This document shows positions 12,028 to 23,416 of a DNA stretch of 64,000 nucleotides, one piece after another. The position numbers were made by a program, and so were the translations under genes. Each line of letters begins with the position of its first letter. Position 1 is the first letter of the stretch. The DNA lies in NCBI GenBank assembly GCA_026936335.1, contig JAPMXV010000058.1:62001-126000 (forward strand), in the 5' to 3' direction. Under the pieces are notes generated by a model. That model saw nothing but the letters and a program-made list of their open reading frames with translations, made no database searches and was not told the DNA's origin. The DNA comes from Mantamonas sphyraenae STR306 (lineage: Eukaryota; Protista; CRuMs).

Positions 12028-13476
12028 ATGCTCCCATTGGCCGTCTATCAGCTGTGTGCGTACATCACGCTACAGTCGGCTGCCTACTACGGTCTCTCCT
12101 CCATCCTCACCCTCTTCTTCCGGCTCTCCATGGGCAAGAGCGTCGAGGAGAGCTCCAGCCTCATCCACATCTTTGTCGGCATCACCTTCTTTTCCTCCAT
12201 CCTGGGTGGCGTCGTCGCCGACCGAGTTGGCAAGCAGGTCTCTATTCTGGCCTATCTCATCCTCTGGGTGGCCGGTTCCGTGACTCTGGTCGTGGCAGAG
12301 GCCGAAAAGTGGGGTGTCGTTGTGGTGCTCCTCTCTCTCCTTGCCATCGGCATGGGCAAGGGCATGCTCACGCCTATCAACTCGTCTCTGCTTGGCGACC
12401 AAACGGCACATTTGCCCGAGCACGTCATTAGCAGTGCCTTTTCCACCCTGTACCTGTCCCTGTGCCTTGGCAGCATGGCTTCGCGCCTCCTGACCCCTCT
12501 CGTCCGCTCCAGCTCGCCCGACAAGGCTCTGGGCGCCTTTATCGAATGCCTTGTGCTTGTTGCTGCTGCTCTCATTGTCTACCTGACCATCAGGTGGCCC
12601 AAGCCCAGCGCCACCGAGGCTCAGAGGGTTGCCAAGTACAGACACATCTCGGACAAGTGGGACCTGGGAACGGAGAAGCGCCAGCTGTGGAACGTAACCA
12701 TGCTCTTTCTGCCTCTCATTGTGTTCTGGGCTCTCTTCTTCCAGACGATGAGCACGTTTATCTTTCAGCTCGAGCTGATGGACCGCACCGTGTTTGCAAA
12801 CGTCACTGTCGACAGCGACCAGCTGCAGTGGCTACCATCCCTCCTCGACCTTCTCCTTATCCCTCTGTTTTCACGCGTCATCTATCCTGCCCTCACGCGC
12901 ATGGGGGTCAGCGTCACACCGCTCCGCAAAATGACCACGGGCATGTTTGTCATGGTGTGCGCCTTTGGCTGTGCCTGGCTCGTGCAGCGTGCCGTCGAGG
13001 CAAACCCTGCCATCCAACCTCTCAATGGAGGCAACACACACACGGGGGTCAGTCTCTACTGGCAGCTGCCACAGTATGTGTTGCTGTCCGTCAGTGAAGT
13101 CCTCGTTGCCATCACAGGTCTGGAGTTTGCCTACACAGAGACCTCGGTGCGCCTGAAAAGCACAGTGACAGCCATCTGGTACCTGCTCGTCGGCGTGGGC
13201 AACGTCGTTGTTGCAGGCTGCTCCACCATCTGCGGCCTGAAGTGTCAGATCGAGTTGTTCATCTTTCTCATGTTCCTCGCCACAGGTCTCTTTGCCGCCC
13301 TGGCCTTTCGCTACAAGCGCATCGACGGCTCTGAACAGGAGAGCTGGCTCAAGGGCAGCCTGCAGAGCACAACCAGCACCGACTTTGGGGAGGCCACGCA
13401 CAGCGGCGCTCTCTACGCCACCGTGGCAAACGTAGGCCAACCAGGCATCAATCCACAGGTATATTGGACACAGTGA
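12028..13476 (+). CDS. POT/PTR (SLC15-like) oligopeptide transporter, MFS fold
   Basis: About 11-12 hydrophobic helices with GGVVADRVGK, LLGDQ, FWALFFQ, TPLRKMTTG and WQLPQY..SEVL..ITGLEFAY motifs typical of PTR2 transporters. Confidence 0.85.
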   Translation: MLPLAVYQLCAYITLQSAAYYGLSSILTLFFRLSMGKSVEESSSLIHIFVGITFFSSILGGVVADRVGKQVSILAYLILWVAGSVTLVVAEAEKWGVVVVLLSLLAIGMGKGMLTPINSSLLGDQTAHLPEHVISSAFSTLYLSLCLGSMASRLLTPLVRSSSPDKALGAFIECLVLVAAALIVYLTIRWPKPSATEAQRVAKYRHISDKWDLGTEKRQLWNVTMLFLPLIVFWALFFQTMSTFIFQLELMDRTVFANVTVDSDQLQWLPSLLDLLLIPLFSRVIYPALTRMGVSVTPLRKMTTGMFVMVCAFGCAWLVQRAVEANPAIQPLNGGNTHTGVSLYWQLPQYVLLSVSEVLVAITGLEFAYTETSVRLKSTVTAIWYLLVGVGNVVVAGCSTICGLKCQIELFIFLMFLATGLFAALAFRYKRIDGSEQESWLKGSLQSTTSTDFGEATHSGALYATVANVGQPGINPQVYWTQ

Positions 13477-13573
13477 TATGATAAACAGGGGAGTGCATGT
13501 GTGTGGAGTTGGCCGTGTGCGAATCCATGGCCAACAATTCTCTCAGCTCTCTTTTTGCTGCGTCTTTGCAGGC

Positions 13574-14221
13574 ATGTCGCGCTCGTTCCTGGACGACAGC
13601 GACGACGGCGACGACGTGGAGGACGTCCTTACGGAGGAGGAAAAGGTTGAAGCACAGAAGGAAATCAACGCACGCATCCGTGAGCTGCTGCAGGCTCGGC
13701 AAGAGAAGCTGAACGCAAGCACTCTCCTCGAACGTTGGCGCACGGGCAGTGTTCGATCACCCTCATCATCATCATCAAGCTCATCTGTACAAAACACTCC
13801 ATACTCTCCATACTCAGGCTACAATTCCTCCAAGAACACCCTGCAGCCAGAGCGGGACCTCCGCCTGGAAGCCTCGCCGTCCCTTAGCTCGTACAGCCAG
13901 CTGCGCCACACCACCAAAACCACCACCACCACCAACATCAAGTCCAACTCAACCACACAGAAAAGCCATGGAAACGGCACAAGCCACGGCAAGGTCTACT
14001 CCCCACGCAGGCGGAGGCGGGAGAACGTCGACCTTTCCAGCAAGGTGGAACCGGATGTGTTCACCCGCCTGTATCTCCAAGGAAAGGCCAAGCGGGAGAA
14101 ACAGGCTCTGCAAACGGCAGAGGCCTCGCGGGAGCGGGAGGAGAACGCACGGCGGATCTCCAACACGGCCAGCTGGACACGAGTGTCCCACCGCGGCGCT
14201 TCCTCCAACAAAACACGTTGA
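13574..14221 (+). CDS. Hypothetical protein (coiled coil, Ser/Thr-rich, DVFTRLY motif)
   Basis: Open frame with host-like codon usage that fills the gap between the transporter and talin. No family recognised; the start codon is uncertain (13574, or 13478). Confidence 0.55.
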   Translation: MSRSFLDDSDDGDDVEDVLTEEEKVEAQKEINARIRELLQARQEKLNASTLLERWRTGSVRSPSSSSSSSSVQNTPYSPYSGYNSSKNTLQPERDLRLEASPSLSSYSQLRHTTKTTTTTNIKSNSTTQKSHGNGTSHGKVYSPRRRRRENVDLSSKVEPDVFTRLYLQGKAKREKQALQTAEASREREENARRISNTASWTRVSHRGASSNKTR

Positions 14222-14233
14222 CCCAGACCCACC

Positions 14234-17200
14234 ATGGTGCGTGTTGATCGTCATTGTCCCGTCTTGTCTTTGCAAATGCCCCATGGATTCGAGTATGTCG
14301 CTCACACCTTCCGCACGGCCGTGGTTTCTCCGACGCCCCCGCAGTCAAACGTCCGCCTCAAGGTCTTTATTTCCAAGACCGAGCAAGTCAAGACTCTGCA
14401 GTTTGAACTGCTGGACACAATCGGGGATGTGATCTCCACCGTGCAGCAAAAGGTGCCCAACGTGGGCGGTTCCGACCACGGCATCTTCCTGCCGGGCGAC
14501 GACGGCGCTGCCGGCAAGTGGCTCAAGGAGGAAAAGACCATCCAATTCTACGACCTCAAGATGAACGACACGGTCGAGTACCGCAAGAAGCATGCGCTCA
14601 TCAAGATCAAGCTGCTCGACGAGAGTCAGGTGCGTCTGCCAGCCTACCTCAGTCTCCGCGGTGCCCATTTTTCACGGCTCTGCCCGTTTGGCCCTTCTTC
14701 CGCCCTCATCCTGACCCCGTGCTCCCATTGCCCGCTTCTTCTCAGAAATCGATCATGGCCGACTTTTCGCTCCCTGTCGCAGACATTGTTGTGGTGAGTT
14801 GTCTCCACAGTGTCCACGCGGTTTTGGCGAGTGCCTTCCAAGCCAACCTTGTTGGGTGAAAAGACCCTCCCACAGCCCAACTCTCCACGCCCCCACGTCC
14901 CCTATTCCCGCTCCACAGCCTCGCCATGCACACACGCACATTATCTTTTGCCCTTGTGTGCCTCTCCTTTGCCCTCCCCTCTCACTGGTCTCATGTCTCT
15001 GCCGTCACGCTCACGGTGTCACCAACTCCCTCAAACCAAATCCCTTTCTTTCTTCGCAGCAAATTGCCGACAAGTACAATGTCAACAACCCGGAAGAATA
15101 CGGCCTCAAGGGAGTCGACTCTGCCGATCGTACGTTTCCTCATGCACCTGCGTCCTGTCCATAGCCCTCGTGCCCACGGTGTCCTCAACACAGACGCGTG
15201 ACCTGTGCGCGAGAAATCGCCTCGCTCATTTTCCTCTTCTCGTCTCCTGCTGCTGACAAACGCCTCTCCTCCACACCCCCCAACACGCTCAAACAGAGGA
15301 CTGGCTCAACGGCGACTCGTCGCTGCATGAGCAAGGCGTGGATGAGGGCGACGTCGTGCTCTTCAAGAAGCGCTTCTACTACTCCGACCACAACATCGAC
15401 AAGTCGGACCCTGTGCAGCTGCATCTCACCTACTCTCAAGCTGTGCTTCAGATCCTCAACGACGAGCACCCCACCACTCAGGAGGAGGCCATCAACTTTG
15501 CTGCGCTGCAGATGCAGATCCAGTACGGCAACCACAACCCGCAGAAGCACAAGTCGGGCTTTATCAAGCTCAAGGACTTTGTGCCCAAGAAGTGGCAAAA
15601 GACCAAAAACGTGGAGAAGCGCATCTACAACGAACACAAGAAGCTCGTCGGACTCAGCGAGATCAACTCCAAGTTCCGCTACCTGCAGCTCATGCGCAAC
15701 CTCAAGACCTTTGGTGTCACCCAGTTCTTTGTCAAAGAACCAATCAAGGGGTCCAAGAAGAAGTTCAACAACATCATCATCGGTATCACCCGCGACGCTC
15801 TGCTGCGCCTCGACCCCAATACGCGCGAGGTCCTGGACCAGTATCCGCTGACCACCCTCAAGCGCTGGGCCGCACAGGGCGGTTCCAAGATGGTGTTTGA
15901 CTTTGGCGAGTACCGCTCCGAGTACTACGAGGTCATGACCACAGAGGGCGACGCCATGAGTTCCCTCATTGCAGGCTACATCGACATCATCCTCCAGCGC
16001 CGTGGCCGTGAGGGCAAGAAAAAGTCAAACCTCGACGACGACGAGATGATTGCCGAGGAGGAGACTGTCATGCCCTCGGGAGGCCACGCCATCACAACCA
16101 GCGCAGGCTCGTCAGCCTATGCCGGCCAGAGTGCAGAGTACGTCGGCCCCAGCAAGTCGGGCGTGGTCTCCATGTCGGGTGGCATGCAAGGCCAGGTGGC
16201 ACAGGGCTCCATGGGTTCTGTGGCGCAGGTTGCAGCCTCCTCCAGCACTGCCTCGTCGTCGGGAGCCCAGCAGGCTGCCAGCGCCTGGCGTGCCATTGCC
16301 CAGAGCTCCGACCTCGAGCGCAGCGTGCGCACAGTCACCTCTCTGGGCTCGGACATCGGTTCGTTCATCCCTGGCTCGGGCCAGCGCGACCTGGACCAGA
16401 GCTTCGACCAAATCACAAAGGCTGCGGGTGACCTGGCTGCCTCGGCCTCGGGCGAGAACGCAGCACGCATGGAGGCTGCCGCCCAGGTTCTGTCCAAGTG
16501 GAAGGTGGGATGCAACCCGCAGACGGCGCAGGCGCAGCTCAACGCATCCGCCAAAGCAGTGGCAGCAGCCACCACCTCGCTTGTGGGACAAGCCACAAGC
16601 GCCAACCCAGACTCGGCTGTGCTGTTGGCCTCGTGCCAGGCAGTGGCAGCAGCCACCGCTCAGCTTGTGGCAGCCTGCAAGGGCGCCGCAGCAGCAACCA
16701 AGGGCGTGGACAACACGGTGATGATCCAAGCCGCAGACGCGCTCGCTGGTGCCACCGCACAGCTGGTGGCCGCGTGCCAGGCCCAAGTGGCCGCTGCAGC
16801 CATGGGACAGGATCCCACAGCAGCCAAGGCCCAGCTGGTGGCCGCGGCCAAGGCCATCGGAGGAGCAACCACACAGCTGCTCGCCGCAGCCGCCAGGTCC
16901 TTTGAGACGATGGGCGCATCGGGAGGCAGGGCGTCGCAGAGCAACGCCGCAGCCGAGAAGCTGGCCAAGGACCTGTTGGAGGCAGGCAAGCTGGTGATGG
17001 AACAGTTCCAGCAACTGCTGAACACGGCGGCCGCCATTTCCGAGTCCACCGACGACGAGGGCAAGGATGTGATCACCAAGGCCTGCACAGAAGGCGCCAC
17101 CAGCGGCGTGGAACTTGTGGAAGCACTCAAGCGCATCACAGATCTGGTGGTGAGCGACGAGGCCGGCGAGGAACATCAAATCGAGCTGACCAACGCCGCC

Positions 17201-20200
17201 AAGGGCGTGAGCAAGAGCACCACGGGCGTGGTGGCATCGATCAAAGCCACAGCCGCACAAGCAGGCACGCTGGACGCAGGCCTGGCACAGCAGTTGGCTG
17301 CGTCTGCAAAGGCGGTGGCCGAGCAGATCAGCAACCTGTGTGCCCTTGCTGGCGACGTGGGCACCACGGGCACGTCGACGACAGAGAAGCTGCGCACCGA
17401 GTTCCAGGCCTCGTTGGCGGTGATTGAAGAGGTGGCGGACAGCATTGTGGAGTTTGGCATTGCGCCTCAGTCTGTGCTGGGCCACGCCAAGCAGATTGCA
17501 GCCGCGTCGACCAAGATGGTCAACGTGGCGCGCCAGACAGGCAACGACACAAACAACGAGCACCTGAAGAACGAACTGTTGGACCTGGCACAGGCCCTGG
17601 CCGACCAGACGGCGACCATGGTGCGTGCAGTCAAGGCTGTGGCCACGCAGGGCAGCACCGACACAAACGAGTATGCAGCCGCACACGGCGAGCTCAAAGA
17701 GACGGTGGCCGAGCTGGGGCAGGCAGCCAAGCAGCTGTTGGGCGCAGTGGACCACGCCGACCTGGTGGAGGCAGCCAAGACGTATGCCACCACACACACG
17801 CAGTTGATTTCGTCGGCCAAGAACGCGGCAGGCACAGCTAGTGCCGATTCGCAAAAGGCATTGGTGGGCGCAGCCAAGCCTGCAGCCCTGGCCATGACGG
17901 ACATGGTGAGTGCAAGCAAGGCGTACGAGGTGCAATCGATCCTGAACGGGTGTGCCAACGCAGCCGAGACGAGCGAGGCGCTGGTGCAGGCGTGTGTGGC
18001 GGTGAGCAACACCACAAGCGACGCAAGTGCTCGCCAGCTGCTGCTGCAGGCGGTGGACAACGCGGTGGAAGCCATGCGTGTGCTGAGCGAGCTCGCAGAC
18101 GAGATCAACACAAACACCAGCCTGACCGAGGCCGAACTGACTGAAATCTACGACCTGGCCAAGACCATGGGCACAGACATCATGTCGCTGGTCTACGCGG
18201 CCAACCAGAACGAAAGCGAGTTTGTGTCTGCGGCGAGGCAGGCTGCACAGAACGCGTCGCTGCTGTCGGGCGCCATCAGCCAGGCCTCGACCAAGGTGTC
18301 GGACGACACAATGCGTGAGGCGCTGATGGACGCCGCACGTGCGCTTGCTGGCGTGCTGCAGGATTTGGTGGTGGCAGGCCAGGAAGTGCTGGCGGACCCG
18401 GAGGACACCGAGGCCATGGAAGACATGGCGGAGATTGCAAAGATGGGCGGCAACTCGGTGCTGACCATTCTGGACAACATCCGCGACGCGTTCCCGGAAT
18501 CGTCGCCGAATCTGAACGACGAGAGTGCCATGGCGGCCATCCTGGCGGCGACGGAGGCCGGCTCGTCCACAGAGCAGTGCCCGAGCGAGATTGCGCATGC
18601 GGCACAGAAGCTGACGCGTGCAGTGTGCCAAAGTGTGCTGGACAGCAGGAAGGGCCAGACTGTGATGGTGGAGCACGCGCGCGAGGTGAGCGCAGCAGCC
18701 AAGAATCTGATGAGCCAGGCCAACGAGCTGGCCGAGGCGCTGAGCGACCAAATCCTGTCGCAGCAGCTGACAGATGCCACACAGAGCATCACGGCAGCAA
18801 ACACAGCCTTTATCAACAACATCCGCGGCAACCTGAAGGACCCCGTGGCCAACGAGCGCTTCAACGTGGGCGCCCAGGCGCTGGCCAACGCGGCCGCCGA
18901 GGTGGTTGTGGCTGCCTCCATTGCCGCGGGTGATCCCACGCCCGACGCTGACGTGCAGAAGAAGATGCGTGCGGTGGCGATGGCGGTGGAGTACATGCGC
19001 GAGGCAGTCGCAAGCGGCGTCCAGTCGCAAATTGTGGAGGCCAGCAAGGGACTGGCCGAGGCGTGCACGGCGCTGAACGGCAGCTGTGCCAAGCTGGCAG
19101 GCAACACAAAGTCATCGGAGCTGCAGGAGGCGCTGCTGGCGGTGGCCAAGTCGGTGATGGCGGCGACGGCAGGTATCATCCAGAGCCTGAAGGGCGACCT
19201 GTCTTCGGAGGAGGGCCAGGCGGCAGCCCAGGCGGCGATTGACAACCTGGACGCTGTGTTGGACGAGCTGCTGACCAAGACATCGGAGTGCACAAACGAC
19301 ATCCTGGACCACGAGGCAAACAACATCGACGACCCCGTGGAGCGCGAGCTGCAGGCAGCAGCACGCAACATCGACGCCATGATGGCCTCGTTGTCGGAGA
19401 TCCAGCAGAAGGCCAAAACGGTGGAGACCAAGTTTACACTGGAGGAGAAGAAGCTGGCGGAGGAGATTGTGGAGTGTGCCAAGTCGATTGCAGGTGCAAC
19501 AGGCCAGCTGATGCGTGCTGCCAAGGACTCGCAGCACGAACTGAACGCACTGCACAAGGCGGCACCCAACGCGTCGACGTACCTGCAGGACCCGTCGCTG
19601 AAGGAGGGACTTGTGGGCGCGGCCAAGAGCGTGGCCGGAGCCATCGACCTGCTGGTGAACAGTGCCAACGAGCAGGCGATGGGCACGGCGTGCGAGGAGA
19701 AGCTGATTGCGTGTGCAAAGGGCGTGACGTCGAGCACGGCGGATCTGGTGTATGCTTCGCGTGCCAAGTGCAAGGCGGGCAGTGCAAACCAGCAGAAGCT
19801 GGACACGGCAGCCAAGCAGGTGGCAGCTACGACGCAGGAAATGGTCAAGACGGCCAAGGCGGCACGCGAGGCACACCCTGCAGAGGTGGAAGAGGTGGAG
19901 ACGGCCAAGTACAAGAACTCGCAAGTAGCAGAGATGGAGGCGCAGATGGAGGTGTTGCGTCTGGAGAAGCAGCTGGAGGAGGCGCGCAAGAAGCAACTGA
20001 ACATGCGCAAGGCCAAGTATGCCAACGCCGGCAAGGCGCAGGCTCAGGCTCAGGCACAGAGCGGAGGAAGCAGCAGCAGTGGCAGCAGCAGCAGCGGCGC
20101 GTCAGCCCAGCCTGCCAAGCAGTTTGTGCCGCAGGTGCAGCAGGAGAGCAGCAGCAGCGGTGGAGGCGGTGGAGGAGGCGGTGATGGGTGTGGCGAGTGC

Positions 20201-20269
20201 GGATGCACCAACTTTGAAGCGCATCCGTTCAAGACGCACCAGTGCAGGAACTGCTTCCACACGCATTGA
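14234..20269 (+). CDS. TLN: Talin (F0-F3 FERM head, helical rod, I/LWEQ actin-binding domain); 4 introns
   Basis: Inferred exons 14234-14236 (ATG only), 14345-14629, 14746-14793, 15060-15129 and 15297-20269. Talin hallmarks: VEYRKKH, FYYSDHNIDKSDPVQLHL, LIAGYIDIIL, Ala-rich helical bundles, and C-terminal EEKLIACAKGV...AEMEAQMEVLRLEKQLEEAR. Confidence 0.93.
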
Positions 20270-20358
20270 GAGGGAGATTTTGAAGGAAATGAACGAAGAA
20301 CATGTGATCATTGACCGATTGAGTGTGCGCGCACATGCAGACAACACAAAAAACGCCG

Positions 20359-23352
20359 ATGAGCGAAACCGAAAACGACAAAACACAAGCTGAGGTGGAG
20401 GTGGAGGCCGGTGACACGGCAAGCACAACCGTGAGTGCTTCCGCATCGGAGCAAACGAGCACAAGCAGCAACGACAATGACAAGTCCCCCGGGCCACCGG
20501 CACTGGTGAACGCGCCGCAGGGCGAACTGGAAGAGGTGTCGCTGGCGTCTGTGGCACAAAGCAAGGAACAAGAGGCGGAGGAAGACGAGCAGGCCAGCAA
20601 CGACACGGGTGAAGGGAATGGTGGCGATGCAGAGGCTGACAAGGCCTTTGAGGAGCCGGCAGCAATGAGTGCAGGCAAGAGAGCAAGCAGTTTCCTAAAC
20701 TCGATGTTCTCGGGGGCCATGGCAAAGAACAGGGAGCGAGACCCGCGCGACATGAAGGCATGCGACGTGGCAACGACGCTGGACGAGCATGACTCGGCCA
20801 TTCTCTCGCTGCGCTACTTCCGGGGACCGGCTCAACAGGGTTCGGAATCGGAAAGCTCCGAGGCAGTGCAGGCGTTGATTCTGGCAACGAGTGCGGACAA
20901 CTCGTTCTCGCTGTGGGTGCGCCGCGACACGGAGGATGTGGAGAAGTACGAGCTGGCGTTTACGACAGAGTAAGTGGGGGTGCGGATCAGGCGGGCGGCC
21001 GCCGGGAGGGCAACACGAGAGAAATGAGGAAAAGAGCAGCTGAGCAGCGGCTGACAATGGCAACGCACACACACACATGTCCGTAACAGAGTGAACCGCA
21101 CATGCTACGACGCCCTGTGGGTGGAGTCGCAACGTGTGATCTACGTGGGTACGGCAGGCGGGCTGATCAAGCGCTTCCAAGTGTGGGACGATTTCGACGG
21201 GTGCACAGAGCTGCTGAGCGTGCGTTCGACGCCGGGCGAGGACGTGAAACACCTGTTTCACAGGCCAGCTCGCGAAGGCGTGGAGGAGGCTGTGATTGCA
21301 GTGACTCGGCAGCGCGTAGCATGGTGGTGATCAAGCTGGAACGAGACGTCGTTTCGACGGTGGTGCTTCCGGAGCGGCTGTACGCGAGTTCGCTGGTGTA
21401 AGTTTGTGCCTGTGCCATCCAAATCGCACCCTTTTGCTCTCGACTTGCATACTCACTCACAGGCTGACACATGGTATGGATGGATGCATGCACGACGCAG
21501 ATACGACGACGCAGAGCAACGGCTGCTGATGGGCACGCACTCGTCCAGCATCACGGAGTACGAGGTGATGACGGGCAACCCGCTGACAGTGATCAACGGG
21601 GCGCACACGCACGAGGTGACGGCGATGGACTACGACAAGAACAGCCGCATCCTGTTTTCTGCAGGCCAGGGTGGACTGATCAAGACGTGGTACATGGGCA
21701 AGATGGGCGAACCCAAGTATGCCAACACAGCGTTGCGTGTGCACACGTCCGACGTGACGGGTGTGCAGTGGTGCAACTCGATTGGCAAGCTTGCGTCGAC
21801 GGCCAACTCGGCACTGGTGGTGATCTTTGACGTGATCTCGGGGGTCAACGCACAGACCATTGAGGCACACCGCAGCACAGTGACGTGCATGGAGTGGGCC
21901 GAAGCCGATGGTCTTCTGCTGACCGCGGCCAAGGATGGCACAATCAAGTTTTGGCAACTGGGCAAGCGACAGACGGAAGGGAGCGACGGCACCGCGTTGT
22001 CGATTGTGGACGCCGAATCGGGCAAGAAGGAATTGCAGCGTGCATTGCTTGCGCGTGATTTGCTGTGTGCCTCACAGCTGCTGCGTTCGGTCAAGACGTA
22101 TGTGGACGAAAACGGCGACACTCCGTTGCACCACATTTGCCAGGGGGCGCTGCCCAACACGTTCCTTTCCAGCTTCCTGGCGTCGCATCGCGACGTGGAC
22201 GTCGATGCGATGAACAGCCAGGGGATGACGCCGCTGATGGTGACCGCTTCTGCTGGCCTGGTGCCGCCGCTGCTGTTTGCAGGCGCCCAGGTGAACCTGC
22301 AAAATCAGAACGGCGTGGCTGCCATTCACATGATGGCTGCGCGGCACCCGTCACTGTTGATGACATTGCTTCGTCATGAGGAGACCGATGTGAATGTGGT
22401 GGACAGCATGGGACGCACGCCGCTTGCGATTGCGGTGGACGCCGGTCTGCTTGAGAACGTGCGTCTGCTGCTGAACTACCGTGCAGACGTGTCGTTTGTG
22501 GACGCACAGGGCAAAAGCATGCTTGTGCGTGCGCTGACGAGTGTGCAGGACGCAGGTGCCATGCAGGCAATTGCCACAGAGCTGCTGCGCTACGGTGTGG
22601 ATGCACGCCAGGCCGACCAGGCGGGCAACACGGCGTTGCACTATGCGGTGCAAAAGGACAACTACAACCTGGTGGTGGAACTCGTGGCCTACCTGAACCG
22701 CGGCTGGAAGCAGTCGATGCAAAAGGGCGGTGAGAAGGAGTGGACGACCCGCGACGTGCTGCCAGCCAATGCAGCCGGCAAGACTGCGCTCGATCTGGCA
22801 CGCACCGCCATGTTGCACAAGGTGGTCAGTGACTTTAGCGAGGGCAAGGGCCTCATTGTCGACGCGTTGGACCAAGCAGCAAGCGGAAAGGGAGCGTCGT
22901 CTTCAGCAGCAGCCTCCTCGTCCTCGTCCAACGCCGCAAGCGTGTCCACAGGACTGGGAAGCAGCGGTGGTGTCGGCGCAGGGGAGGGCACCAGCGAGTC
23001 TCTGGCGGCCCTGCAGCAACAGGCACGTGCCATGGGCCTTTCGGCGCCGGGCAAACTGTCTGTGCAGCAAAACGCAGCGCTGCTGGAGAACGTGCATCTG
23101 ATGACCGTGGACCAGCTGCGTGGCTTGCTGTTGGAGCGTGTGGCGCAGCATGCGTCGCTGCAGCAGTCGTACAACCGGGTGCTGGGTGAGGACGGCATCG
23201 ACGACCTGGACTTTGGCCAGCTGCAGTTCCTGGAGTCGCTGCACTTTCATGCGCTGGAAAAGATTGCCAAGCGCAAGCGAGCCATTGTGAGGAGGACTGC
23301 GTCCGAGGCCACAGTGGCAGAGGCGGATGCAGAGTCAAACAGCAGTGCGTGA
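20359..23352 (+). CDS. WD40-repeat + ankyrin-repeat protein; 2 introns; one probable missing G near 21303
   Basis: WD40 repeats (AHTHEVTAM, VHTSDVTGV, AHRSTVTCMEW...DGTIKFW), then ankyrin repeats (GDTPLHH, GRTPLAIA, GNTALHYA). Introns 20970-21089 and about 21397-21500. Confidence 0.8.
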
Positions 23353-23416
23353 GCGGGGGGGTGTCGGAACAGCCGAAAATGCATGCCCAGACGCATCCAA
23401 ATCTTTCTCCAGAACC

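Noticed and set aside
16112-20034. 972-aa and 613-aa minus-strand ORFs
   Set aside because: Antisense shadows of the talin rod.
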